64,000 bases of DNA from an uncultured Candidatus Rokubacteria bacterium. Lineage in GTDB: Bacteria; Methylomirabilota; Methylomirabilia; Rokubacteriales; DASRDR01. Position numbers and translations under genes: made by a program. This document shows, piece by piece, positions 45,950-54,216 of the stretch (its first letter is position 1; each line of letters begins with the position of its first letter). The notes beneath the pieces were generated by a model. It searched no databases, was not told the origin of the DNA, and was given only the letters and a program-made list of their open reading frames with translations. Location: positions 928,001 through 992,000 of the forward strand of contig CAWGVS010000006.1 of the NCBI GenBank assembly GCA_963826115.1, read 5' to 3'.

Positions 45950-46630
45950 TCAGGCCGAGCTCCCGTTGAGCGTGCCCTTGTCGAGCAGGACCCGGCGCCG
46001 CGCGTACTCGGCCGCCTTCGGGTCGTGGGTCACCATCACCACGGTCTTCCCGTGCTCCTGATTCAGCATCTGGAGGAGCGCGAGGATCTCCGCGGCGGTG
46101 GCCCGGTCGAGGTCGCCGGTCGGCTCGTCGCAGATGAGGAGCGTCGGATCCGACACGATCGCCCGGGCGATGGCGACGCGCTGCTCCTGGCCGCCGGACA
46201 GCTCCCTCGGCTTGTGCCGCGCCCGGTCCGCGAGGCCCACCAGCGTCAGCGCGATGAGCGCGCGCCGGCGCCGCTCCGCCGCCGGAAGGCTGGTCAGGAG
46301 GAGCGGGAGCTCCACGTTCCGCTGGGCCGAGAGCACCGGCATCAGGTTGTAGAACTGGAAGACGAAGCCGACGTTCGCCGCCCGCCAGCGGGTCAGCTCG
46401 CCGCTCGAGAGTGAGTCGATGCGCCGGCCGCCCACGACGATCTGGCCCGCGGTGGGGGTATCCAGCCCGCCGATGAGGTTCAGGAGCGTCGTCTTGCCGG
46501 AGCCCGACGGTCCCATCAGCGCGAGGAAGTCGCCCTCGGGGATGTCGAGGTCGATCCCGTGGAGGACCTCGATGCGCTCGTTCCCGCGCCGGTAGGCCTT
46601 GGTGACGCCGCGGATCTCGACCAGGCTCAT
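45950..46630 (-). CDS. ABC exporter ATPase (LolD/MacB-type)
   Basis: GPSGSGKTT, LSGGQEQRVAIARA, DEPTGDLD, VTHD. Confidence 0.95.
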   Translation of the reverse strand: MSLVEIRGVTKAYRRGNERIEVLHGIDLDIPEGDFLALMGPSGSGKTTLLNLIGGLDTPTAGQIVVGGRRIDSLSSGELTRWRAANVGFVFQFYNLMPVLSAQRNVELPLLLTSLPAAERRRRALIALTLVGLADRARHKPRELSGGQEQRVAIARAIVSDPTLLICDEPTGDLDRATAAEILALLQMLNQEHGKTVVMVTHDPKAAEYARRRVLLDKGTLNGSSA

Positions 46631-46671
46631 CGCGACGGCGGGGCTCGCGTCGGGTCCGGCGGGCCGGCGGT

Positions 46672-48159
46672 CTAGCCGCCCTCGCCGAGCTTCACCGCGG
46701 CGCCGTCCCGGAGGGAATCCGGCGGGGACAGCACGACCCGCTCGCCGGCCCGGAGCCCGGTCAGCACCTCGCGCTCGCGGCTCTGCGCCTGGCCGACCGT
46801 GACCCGGCGCCGCTCCACCTTGCCGTCCTTGTACACGAACACGACCGCCTGGCTGCGGTCCGCCTGGCCCGTGTCCGGGCGCACCGCGTCGGCGGGCACC
46901 AGGACGCCCGCGCGCGCGGGCGCAGCCCCGCCCGGGGCCGGGGACGCAGGGTCGAGGAAGGCCACGCGCACGCCCATGTCCGGCACCACGCGCGGGTCCT
47001 TCTTCTTGAGCGCGATGCGGACCTTGACCGTCGCCTTGCTGCGGTCGGCCGTCGGGATGATCGCGATCACCTCGGCCGGGATCTTCGAGTCCGGGTACGC
47101 GTTCAGCGTGGCCTCGACCGGCTGGCCGGGCTGGACTCGGTTGATGAACGCCTCGTTGACGTCCACCTGGATCTCGAGCGAGTCCATGTCCACGATGGTG
47201 CCGATACCGGTGCGGGTATAGCCGCCGCCCGCGGAGATGGGCGAGATCATCTCACCGGGCTGGGCGGCCTTGGCGACGACCATCCCGCCGAACGGCGCCC
47301 GGATCACCGTGTTCGCGAGCTGCACCTCGGCGACCGCTACGGCCTGCTGGGCGACGCGGATCTGCTCGCCGGCGGCGATCTCGCGGGCGCGGAGCGCGTC
47401 CCGCTGGGCGCGGGCGGCGTCGAGGGGCTGCTCGTTGGTCACCTCGGCGACCGACACGGCTTCCTGGGCGACCCGCACCTGCTCGCCGATCGCGGCGAGC
47501 CGCGCCTTCAGCGCGTCCCGCTGGGCGCGGGCGGCGTCGAGGGCCTGGGCCGCGATCAGCTGGCGGGCGAAGAGATCCTGCTGGCGCTCGTGGTCCCGCT
47601 CGGCCTGGACGAGCTGGGCGCGGACCTCCGCCTCCTGGGACTGCGCCGCGGCCAGCTGGGCCCGGGCGGTCGCCAGCGGGGACTGGCGCTTGAAGAGCTC
47701 CCGCTGACGCTCGTGATCGCGCTCGGCCTGCTCGAGCTGCGCGCGGATCTCGGCGACCTGGGAGCGCGCGGCGGCCAGCTGGGCCCGAGCCAGGGCGAGC
47801 TGCGCCTGGACCTCGGTGTCGTCGAGCCGGGCGAGCACTGCGCCCTCCTCGACGCGCATGCCCTCCTCGATCAGCACCGCGGTCACCTTCCCGGTGATCT
47901 TGGCGGACACGGTGGCCTGGCGACGCGCGGTGACATAGCCGCTCGCGTCCAGGACCGAGGCGCCGTCCGCCGGCGAGACCGGGCGCGCGGCGGCAGTGCG
48001 GACCGTGGGGGGCGCGGCCCGCGCCACGACCAGCCAGAGCCCGACGGCGGCGAGCGCGACCAGCCCCGCAGCGCCCAGGAGGAGCGGCCCACGGCGGGCG
48101 CGCGGGCCCCGCGCCTCGCGATCGATGCGCAGCTCTTTCAGAAGGTCGGAGGTGTCCAT
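46672..48159 (-). CDS. Efflux periplasmic adaptor (MFP, MacA/HlyD-like) with duplicated alpha-hairpin
   Basis: MDTSDLLKELRIDR, TM anchor, ASGYVTARRQATVS, lipoyl halves, IRAPFGG, VDVNEAFI, PDMGVRVAF. Confidence 0.92.
   Translation of the reverse strand: MDTSDLLKELRIDREARGPRARRGPLLLGAAGLVALAAVGLWLVVARAAPPTVRTAAARPVSPADGASVLDASGYVTARRQATVSAKITGKVTAVLIEEGMRVEEGAVLARLDDTEVQAQLALARAQLAAARSQVAEIRAQLEQAERDHERQRELFKRQSPLATARAQLAAAQSQEAEVRAQLVQAERDHERQQDLFARQLIAAQALDAARAQRDALKARLAAIGEQVRVAQEAVSVAEVTNEQPLDAARAQRDALRAREIAAGEQIRVAQQAVAVAEVQLANTVIRAPFGGMVVAKAAQPGEMISPISAGGGYTRTGIGTIVDMDSLEIQVDVNEAFINRVQPGQPVEATLNAYPDSKIPAEVIAIIPTADRSKATVKVRIALKKKDPRVVPDMGVRVAFLDPASPAPGGAAPARAGVLVPADAVRPDTGQADRSQAVVFVYKDGKVERRRVTVGQAQSREREVLTGLRAGERVVLSPPDSLRDGAAVKLGEGG
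47320..47799 (-). repeat. Nested internal duplication (A1-A2-B1-B2) in the MFP coiled coil
   Basis: LALARAQLAAARSQVAEIRAQLEQAERDHERQRELFKRQ vs LATARAQLAAAQSQEAEVRAQLVQAERDHERQQDLFARQ (31/39 identical); LDAARAQRDALKARLAAIGEQVRVAQEAVSVAEV vs LDAARAQRDALRAREIAAGEQIRVAQQAVAVAEV (27/34). Confidence 0.9.
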
Positions 48160-48293
48160 GGAACCGGGAGCGTGGCGGCGCCGGCGGCCGACCTCCCCCA
48201 GTGTGCCACAGGCCCGCGCACGGCCGGCCGGCCTCCGGCCTCGCGGTCCGGCGGCGCGGCCGGCTTGGCGCGGCGAGTCGCGAGGTGCGGGCG

Positions 48294-49157
48294 CTACTCG
48301 GGGAGGCCCTGGAGCGCGTACATCAGGACGAGGGCCGGGGTCGGCTTGCCGAGCGCGCCGAACCACTTCGAGTAGATCGCGCCGATCGCGCCCGACCGGT
48401 AGATGCGAGCCAGCGCGCGGTTGGCGACCAGCCGGAACGCCGAGTCGTCGCGGCGCACCATGAAGCCGTACGGCTCGTAGGACAGGTCGTCGGAGACGAG
48501 CGCGTAGCGCGCGGTCCCCCGGGCCTGGAGCACCAGGCCGATGAGGATGGTGCGGTCCGAGGCGTACGCCTCGATCTTCGACGTCTGCAGCGCCGCGAGG
48601 CCCTCGTCGTGGTCCTTCACCGGCACGATCGTCGCGGAGATCGACGTCCCCCGCAGGAAGTCCGCGACCGCGCGCTCGGTCGTCGTGCCCGGCACGACGC
48701 CCACCCGCTTGCCCGCAAGGTCTCCGACCGTCTTGAGCCCCGACCCCTCGGCGATCAGGAGGCTCGCGCCGTCGACGAACGTCATCAGGGTGAAGTCGAC
48801 CTTCTCCTGGCGCGACAGCGACGCCGTGGTCGAGCCGCACTCCATGTCCACCGTGCCGTTGGCCACCGACTCGATGCGGTTCTCGGGCGTCACCGGGACC
48901 CACTTGACCTGCATGGTGGCGAGCTTCAGCTCCTGCTGGACGGCGATGGCGATCTCCTGGCAGAGGTCGATCGAGTAGCCGGTGGGCTTCCCGTCCGAGC
49001 CCGTGTAGGAAAAGGGCAGGGCGTTCTCCCGGAAGCCCATGGTCAGGGTGCCGCTGTCGCTCACCTTCTTCAGCGTGCCCGTGAGCGTCTGTGCATGACC
49101 GGCCGTGGCCCCGAGGGCCGTCAGGATCGCCAGCATCATCATCGCGCGTCGCCGCAT
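48294..49157 (-). CDS. Polar amino acid ABC substrate-binding protein (GltI-like), orphan
   Basis: GFRENALPFSY, GYSIDLC, DMECGSTT, GTTTE, SYEPYGFM. SD GGGGAGG. Confidence 0.92.
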   Translation of the reverse strand: MRRRAMMMLAILTALGATAGHAQTLTGTLKKVSDSGTLTMGFRENALPFSYTGSDGKPTGYSIDLCQEIAIAVQQELKLATMQVKWVPVTPENRIESVANGTVDMECGSTTASLSRQEKVDFTLMTFVDGASLLIAEGSGLKTVGDLAGKRVGVVPGTTTERAVADFLRGTSISATIVPVKDHDEGLAALQTSKIEAYASDRTILIGLVLQARGTARYALVSDDLSYEPYGFMVRRDDSAFRLVANRALARIYRSGAIGAIYSKWFGALGKPTPALVLMYALQGLPE

Positions 49158-49217
49158 TGGAGCCTCCCCGGTCGGAACCATCGTCGTTGGCCGTCTCGTC
49201 GCAGCTATGGTGGCGGT

Positions 49218-49246
49218 AGTCTATCGACCGGCGCGGACACCGTCAA
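49218..49246 (-). promoter_or_regulatory. sigma70-type promoter of the GltI-like gene
   Basis: Minus strand TTGACG, 17 nt spacer, TAGACT. Confidence 0.65.
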
Positions 49247-49267
49247 ACGGCGCCGCCGCCTGGCGTC

Positions 49268-49630
49268 TCACTCCATGATGCGGACCCCGCTCACGAAGTA
49301 GCTGGTCTCGCCGAAGCAATTCGTCGGCAGCCCGCGATGCTCGCGGTAGTGCAGGACGACGCGCTTCCCCAGCGCCGCGTTCAGTTGGGGCGCAAGGCCC
49401 GCGTCGCGGACGCTGAAGTACCAGACGACCGGCGTCACGCCGGGGACGATGGAGATGGCCAGCTCGCCCTCGTAGGTCTTGCAGACCCAACCCTTGCTCG
49501 AGAACTTCTGGAGGATGCCCGCCCGCTCGCCCTCGGAGTAGGCCCAGTTGAGGACGACCCAGACGTAGAGCCCGCCGACGAGCAGCGCGGCGAGCAGGAC
49601 CACGGCCAGGACCCGGCCCACGCGGCTCAT
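49268..49630 (-). CDS. Hypothetical single-TM protein
   Basis: N-terminal TM, then YSEGERAGILQKFSSKGWVCKTYEGEL, VVLHYREH, CFGETSYFV. SD GGAGG. Confidence 0.85.
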   Translation of the reverse strand: MSRVGRVLAVVLLAALLVGGLYVWVVLNWAYSEGERAGILQKFSSKGWVCKTYEGELAISIVPGVTPVVWYFSVRDAGLAPQLNAALGKRVVLHYREHRGLPTNCFGETSYFVSGVRIME

Positions 49631-49726
49631 GAGTGTCGCGCCTCCACGTCCCTACCGTACACCAGAAGCGCCGGCCGGCGCGCCACGCGGTCCCCGGCGG
49701 GCTCGCGGCCTGCTATGATGCGGGAC

Positions 49727-50587
49727 GTGTCCCTTCCGAGCGTCCGCGCCGCCGGTCTCCACGCGCTGGCCGGAGCCGGACTCTGGGTCGCCACCGGGTG
49801 CGGCGTCATCATCGACGAGCCGCAGATCGACACGCGCAACGAGCAGCGCCCCGGCACCTGGGTCAGCCGCCTCGAGACCGAGATCGCGAACTTGCGCGGC
49901 GCGTACGACGACATGATCGTGAAAGCGACGCCGGCCCAACGCCGCCGGCTTCCCAGCATCGGCTCGGAGCTCTCGCGACTGGCCGACGCCGCGGCGTCGA
50001 TGAAGGACGACCTCGACTGGAAGCGCGGCCACTTCGGCGAGCACCTCGCCAAGGCGGAGTCCCTCGCGACCTCGATCGACCAGCAGCTCACGGGGGCGCC
50101 CGTGACGTCGGCCGTCCGGTCCCGCTGGTGGGACACCGCCTACGCCCTCGGGTACGTCCGGGAGTTCTACCGCGCGGTGGGCCCCGAGCGCCTCTACCAG
50201 GTCCAGGACGATCCCCGCGGCGTCGTGAAGCTCCGGACCGGCGCCCCGTCCGGGGACGGCTACGACGCGTCGTTCGAGGTCGGCCAGGTCAAGCGGAGCT
50301 ACGACCAGATGATGAAGGCCTGGCGGGACGCGCCCGTGCGCCGCACGGGGCCACCGTGGGCCGGGCAGCTCGACAAGGAGCTCCTGGGGCTGGCCGATCC
50401 CGTGAGCGCGCTGGCGCGGGTCAACGCCGGCGAGCGGACGGCGGTGACGCCCGCCGCCGAGCGCGTGCGCCAGCAGGTCGAGCGGGTCCGCCCGCTCGTC
50501 GAGGCGCGCGAGGCGGAGCTTCCGCGTCCCTTTCTCGAGGCCTGGGAGCAGATGTCCGGCGGGGTCCGGTCCTTCGGCAAGCCCTGA
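49727..50587 (+). CDS. Hypothetical all-helical lipoprotein
   Basis: Lipobox-like LWVATG-C, GC3-biased codons. GTG 49727 lies 7 nt after TG-C-TATGAT. Confidence 0.72.
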   Translation: MSLPSVRAAGLHALAGAGLWVATGCGVIIDEPQIDTRNEQRPGTWVSRLETEIANLRGAYDDMIVKATPAQRRRLPSIGSELSRLADAAASMKDDLDWKRGHFGEHLAKAESLATSIDQQLTGAPVTSAVRSRWWDTAYALGYVREFYRAVGPERLYQVQDDPRGVVKLRTGAPSGDGYDASFEVGQVKRSYDQMMKAWRDAPVRRTGPPWAGQLDKELLGLADPVSALARVNAGERTAVTPAAERVRQQVERVRPLVEAREAELPRPFLEAWEQMSGGVRSFGKP

Positions 50588-50658
50588 GCGCCGCCGCGCG
50601 GCGGCTCGATCGTCGCATCGCATGGCATCGTCGGCACCTGACACAGGAGGACGCGTGC

Positions 50659-51417
50659 ATGAGCTCGAATGACAAGGTCGCGATCGTCACCGGCGCGGGC
50701 AGCGGCATCGGCATGGCCGTCGCGGTGACACTGCTGAAGCACGGCTACTCCGTCGCGCTGGCCGGACGGCGCGCGGACGCCCTCGCGCAGGCGGTGCAGG
50801 AGGCCGGCGCCGCGGGCTCGCGGGCGCTCACCGTGGCCACCGACGTCGGCAACCCGACCTCGGTGCGCGCGCTGTTCGAGCGCACCAAGGAGCGCTTTGG
50901 CCGTCTGGACCTCCTGTTCAACAATGCCGGCACCGGGGCGCCGGGGATCCCGATGGAGGACCTCACGTTCGAGCAGTGGCAGAACGTCGTCAACGTCAAC
51001 CTGACGGGCGTCTTCCTGTGCACGCAGGAGGCGATCCGGATCATGAAGGCGCAGACGCCGCGAGGCGGCCGGATCATCAACAACGGGTCGATCTCGGCCC
51101 ACACGCCGCGGCCCAACTCTGCGCCGTACACGTCGACGAAGCACGCGGTCACCGGCCTCACCAAGTCGACGGCGCTCGACTGCCGGAAGTACGACATCGC
51201 CTGCGGGCAGATCGACATCGGGAACGCGCTGACCCCCATGGCCGCGCGCATGGCGAAGGGCGTGCCGCAGGCGAACGGGGAGATCGCCGTGGAGCCGCTG
51301 ATGGACGTCCAGCGGGTGGCCGACACCGTCCTTCACATGGCCAGCCTGCCGCTCGACGCCAACGTGCTGTTCGTGACGATCATGGCGACCAAGATGCCGT
51401 TCGTCGGCCGTGGGTGA
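50659..51417 (+). CDS. SDR family oxidoreductase
   Basis: [31 protein letters not shown]. Confidence 0.93.
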   Translation: MSSNDKVAIVTGAGSGIGMAVAVTLLKHGYSVALAGRRADALAQAVQEAGAAGSRALTVATDVGNPTSVRALFERTKERFGRLDLLFNNAGTGAPGIPMEDLTFEQWQNVVNVNLTGVFLCTQEAIRIMKAQTPRGGRIINNGSISAHTPRPNSAPYTSTKHAVTGLTKSTALDCRKYDIACGQIDIGNALTPMAARMAKGVPQANGEIAVEPLMDVQRVADTVLHMASLPLDANVLFVTIMATKMPFVGRG

Positions 51418-51426
51418 GGCGCCCGG

Positions 51427-51897
51427 CTACTTCTTGCTGGGGTCGTCCGCGGGGTTGACGTACGTGAACGCGAGCGGCCCCATCGCCGACACCTCGATCA
51501 CCGTCGGCTGCTTGGTCAGCACGAAGTGGTTCGTCCCGGCGGGCGCCACCACCAGGCTCCCGGCCGGGAACGGCTTCGCGCTCGCCGCCGCGAGCTTGTC
51601 ACCCATGCCCACGAGGAGCGTCCCGCTCAGCACCGTGACCACCTCGTCCGTCGGATGCGAGTGCGCCTGGATCCGGTAGTTGGCGGGGAGCTTCACCCGG
51701 ATGACGAAGAGTCCGTCCTTGCTCGGGTCGCCGTAGAGCACCGCGGCCTTGGCGCCTCTCGGCACCATGGGCGGCGCGTCGCCCCACTTGATGGTGGACG
51801 GGGTGTACATGCCGTGCGGCGCGTCGTCCGCGCGGGCGAGGAGCGCGGCGTTCGCGAGGAGCACGATGGCCAGCACCACGGCGAGTCGGGTCCGCAT
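51427..51897 (-). CDS. Secreted cupin domain protein
   Basis: Signal peptide; LYGDPSKDG, AHSHPTDEVVTVLSG, PAGTNHF, YVNPADDP. Confidence 0.88.
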   Translation of the reverse strand: MRTRLAVVLAIVLLANAALLARADDAPHGMYTPSTIKWGDAPPMVPRGAKAAVLYGDPSKDGLFVIRVKLPANYRIQAHSHPTDEVVTVLSGTLLVGMGDKLAAASAKPFPAGSLVVAPAGTNHFVLTKQPTVIEVSAMGPLAFTYVNPADDPSKK

Positions 51898-52080
51898 GTC
51901 GAGCCTCCTGTGTCGCTCTGCTTTTGGGGGCCGTTCGGCCGTCGACGCGACCCCCGTGAGCGTGTTGAGAGAGTCTCACAGCGATCGCCGCGGCGTCGAT
52001 CCGCGGAATGCTCCGCGGCGTCGGGGCGGGACCGGACAGCCGAGCCCCCGGCGCGGGGGCGCGCGGCGCGACGGAGTATG

Positions 52081-52290
52081 ATGACGACGATGACTCGATC
52101 CCTCCTCGTGCTGCTCCTGGCGGGCGTGGCGGCCGCGGGCTGCTCCACCACGCAGCCGGACTCCCTCCAGCAGGACGCCGACCTGTGTTTCCGGCCCCGC
52201 TCCTTCACGGAGGAGATTCCCAAGATGTACTGGGGTGACCCGGAGCGCGATCCCTGCTGGCGATTCCGGCGCGTCGTGCCGGACCGCTGA
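52081..52290 (+). CDS. Small hypothetical lipoprotein (about 69 aa)
   Basis: MTTMTRSLLVLLLAGVAAAG-C lipobox; two further Cys in the mature part; GGAG upstream. Confidence 0.7.
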   Translation: MTTMTRSLLVLLLAGVAAAGCSTTQPDSLQQDADLCFRPRSFTEEIPKMYWGDPERDPCWRFRRVVPDR

Positions 52291-52367
52291 GGAGCGCCGC
52301 CGCGGGCAGCGGTCGCGCGCAGCGCGACCCATCCGGCATCCCGCCATCGACGGAGGAGGTTGGTCGC

Positions 52368-54023
52368 ATGAATCGGTGGACCCGCGCAATCCTGGTCGTC
52401 CTTTCGATCGCGCTCGCGAGCTGCGCCGGGCAGTCCGGCGAGCACCGGCACCCGACGGCGGCGGCCGCGCCCCCGCCGATGGTCTACGAGGGGCTCGGGA
52501 GCTACCACCAGAGCATCACCGCCTCGGACGCGGCACAGGCGTACTTCGACCAGGGGCTGCGGCTCGTCTATGCCTTCAATCACCTGGAGGCGGAGTCCGC
52601 GTTCCGTGAGGCGACGCGCCTCGACCCGACCTGTGCGATGTGCTACTGGGGTATCGCACTCAGCCAGGGATCGAACTACAACAGCGCGACCGACGCCGAC
52701 AGGGAGCGAACTGCCTTCGCGGCCATCCAGCAGGCCTTGGTATTGGCCGGTCCAGCCACGGACCGCGAGCGGGCGACAATCGAGGCGCTCTCGAAGCGGC
52801 ACGCTCTCACACCCACGACCCAGCGGGCGGAGCTAGACCGCGCGTACGCCGACGCCATGCGCGAGGTGACGCGGCGCTTTCCAGACGACCTCGACGCCGC
52901 CACGCTGTTCGCGGACGCTCTCATGAACCTCCGGCCGTGGAATCTGTGGAAGCCCGACGGTAGCATGCAGCCCGAGACGCCGGAGATCCTCGAGACCCTG
53001 GAACGGGTGCTGCGGACGAACCCGGACCACCCAGGCGCGCTCCATCTTTACATCCACGCCGTCGAGGGCGGTCCCCACCCGGAGCGGGCCGAGGCGGCCG
53101 CCGACCGGCTGGGGCCCCTCATGCCGGGAGCAGGGCACATGGTCCACATGCCCTCCCACATCTACCTACGGATCGGCCGCTATGCCGACGCCGTGGATTC
53201 GAACGTCGCGGCGGTGAAAGCCGATCGCGCGTACTTGGCGAAGGGCCGGACGAACCCCATGGTCACCGGGCTCTACTACCCGCACAACCTCGACATGCTC
53301 TGGCAGGCGGCCAGCATGGGGGGGCGGGCGGCCGAAACGACCCGGGCCGCGCGCGAATTCGCCGAGTCCGTGCCGCCCACCATGCTCCGCGAGATGTCGG
53401 ACATGGAGACCGCGCCTGCCGCGCCGTACTTCGCGCTGGCGCGCTTCGGCCGCTGGGAGGAGATCCTGCGGCAGCCGGCGCCGCCGGCCGAGTTCCCGTA
53501 CGTCACGGGCGCCTGGCGCTACGCGCGCGGCCTGGCGTTCATCGCCACCGGGCGCCGGGCCGAGGCCGAGGCGGAGCTCGCCGCGATCCGGCAGCTCTCC
53601 GCGGCGGTGCCGGCGGAGCGGACGCTCGCCGGCTTCTTCAAGACGCGGACGATCCTCGATCTTGCCGCCACCGTGCTGGCGGGGGAGATCGCGGCGCGCA
53701 CGGGTCAGACCGACGTGGCCGTCCGGCACCTTCTCGCGGCCGTCGCGGAGCAGGACGGCCACTGGTTCACGGAGCCGCCCGTGTGGTACTACCCGGTGCG
53801 CCAGTCGCTCGGCGCGGCGCTGCTCGCGGGCGGCCGGCCGCTCGAGGCCGAGGCCGTCTACCGCGACGACCTCAAGCGCAACCCCGACAACGGGTGGTCC
53901 CTCTTCGGGCTCGCGCGGAGCCTCGAGGCGCAGGGCAAGAGCGCCGAGGCCGCCACCGTGCAGACCCGTTTCCAAAAGGCCTGGGCCCTGGCCGACGTGA
54001 CGCTCTCCGCGTCGAGGTTCTGA
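52368..54023 (+). CDS. TPR-repeat lipoprotein
   Basis: LAS-C lipobox; AQAYFDQGL...FNHLEA, DPTCAMCYWG, HPGALHLYIH, GHMVHMPSHIY, PDNGWSLFGL. Confidence 0.88.
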   Translation: MNRWTRAILVVLSIALASCAGQSGEHRHPTAAAAPPPMVYEGLGSYHQSITASDAAQAYFDQGLRLVYAFNHLEAESAFREATRLDPTCAMCYWGIALSQGSNYNSATDADRERTAFAAIQQALVLAGPATDRERATIEALSKRHALTPTTQRAELDRAYADAMREVTRRFPDDLDAATLFADALMNLRPWNLWKPDGSMQPETPEILETLERVLRTNPDHPGALHLYIHAVEGGPHPERAEAAADRLGPLMPGAGHMVHMPSHIYLRIGRYADAVDSNVAAVKADRAYLAKGRTNPMVTGLYYPHNLDMLWQAASMGGRAAETTRAAREFAESVPPTMLREMSDMETAPAAPYFALARFGRWEEILRQPAPPAEFPYVTGAWRYARGLAFIATGRRAEAEAELAAIRQLSAAVPAERTLAGFFKTRTILDLAATVLAGEIAARTGQTDVAVRHLLAAVAEQDGHWFTEPPVWYYPVRQSLGAALLAGGRPLEAEAVYRDDLKRNPDNGWSLFGLARSLEAQGKSAEAATVQTRFQKAWALADVTLSASRF

Positions 54024-54216
54024 GCGGCCGGCTGGTGTCGGGTGTCGCCCCCGGGCCCTCCGGGCCCTTACCGGAGTGTCTGTAGGGGTTTACCCCGTCT
54101 TGCTATCCGCGCCCCGGTGTCCGAATCTGCCTGGCGGGGTAGGGAATAACCGCCCGCCGATTCTGAGGAATCGGGTCGGCTGCCGGTGACAGTGGTAGTC
54201 CAGGACGGAGGGTCGG

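Noticed and set aside
49212-49219. ops-like GGCGGTAG element
   Set aside because: It is on the strand opposite to the neighbouring genes, overlaps a -10 box, and no long operon follows.
51963-51980. CRP/FNR-like site TGTTGAGAGAGTCTCACA between the divergent cupin and small lipoprotein genes
   Set aside because: The spacing does not fit TGTGA-N6-TCACA or TTGAT-N4-ATCAA. Only a short TGAGA-N3-TCTCA dyad remains, which is too weak to call.
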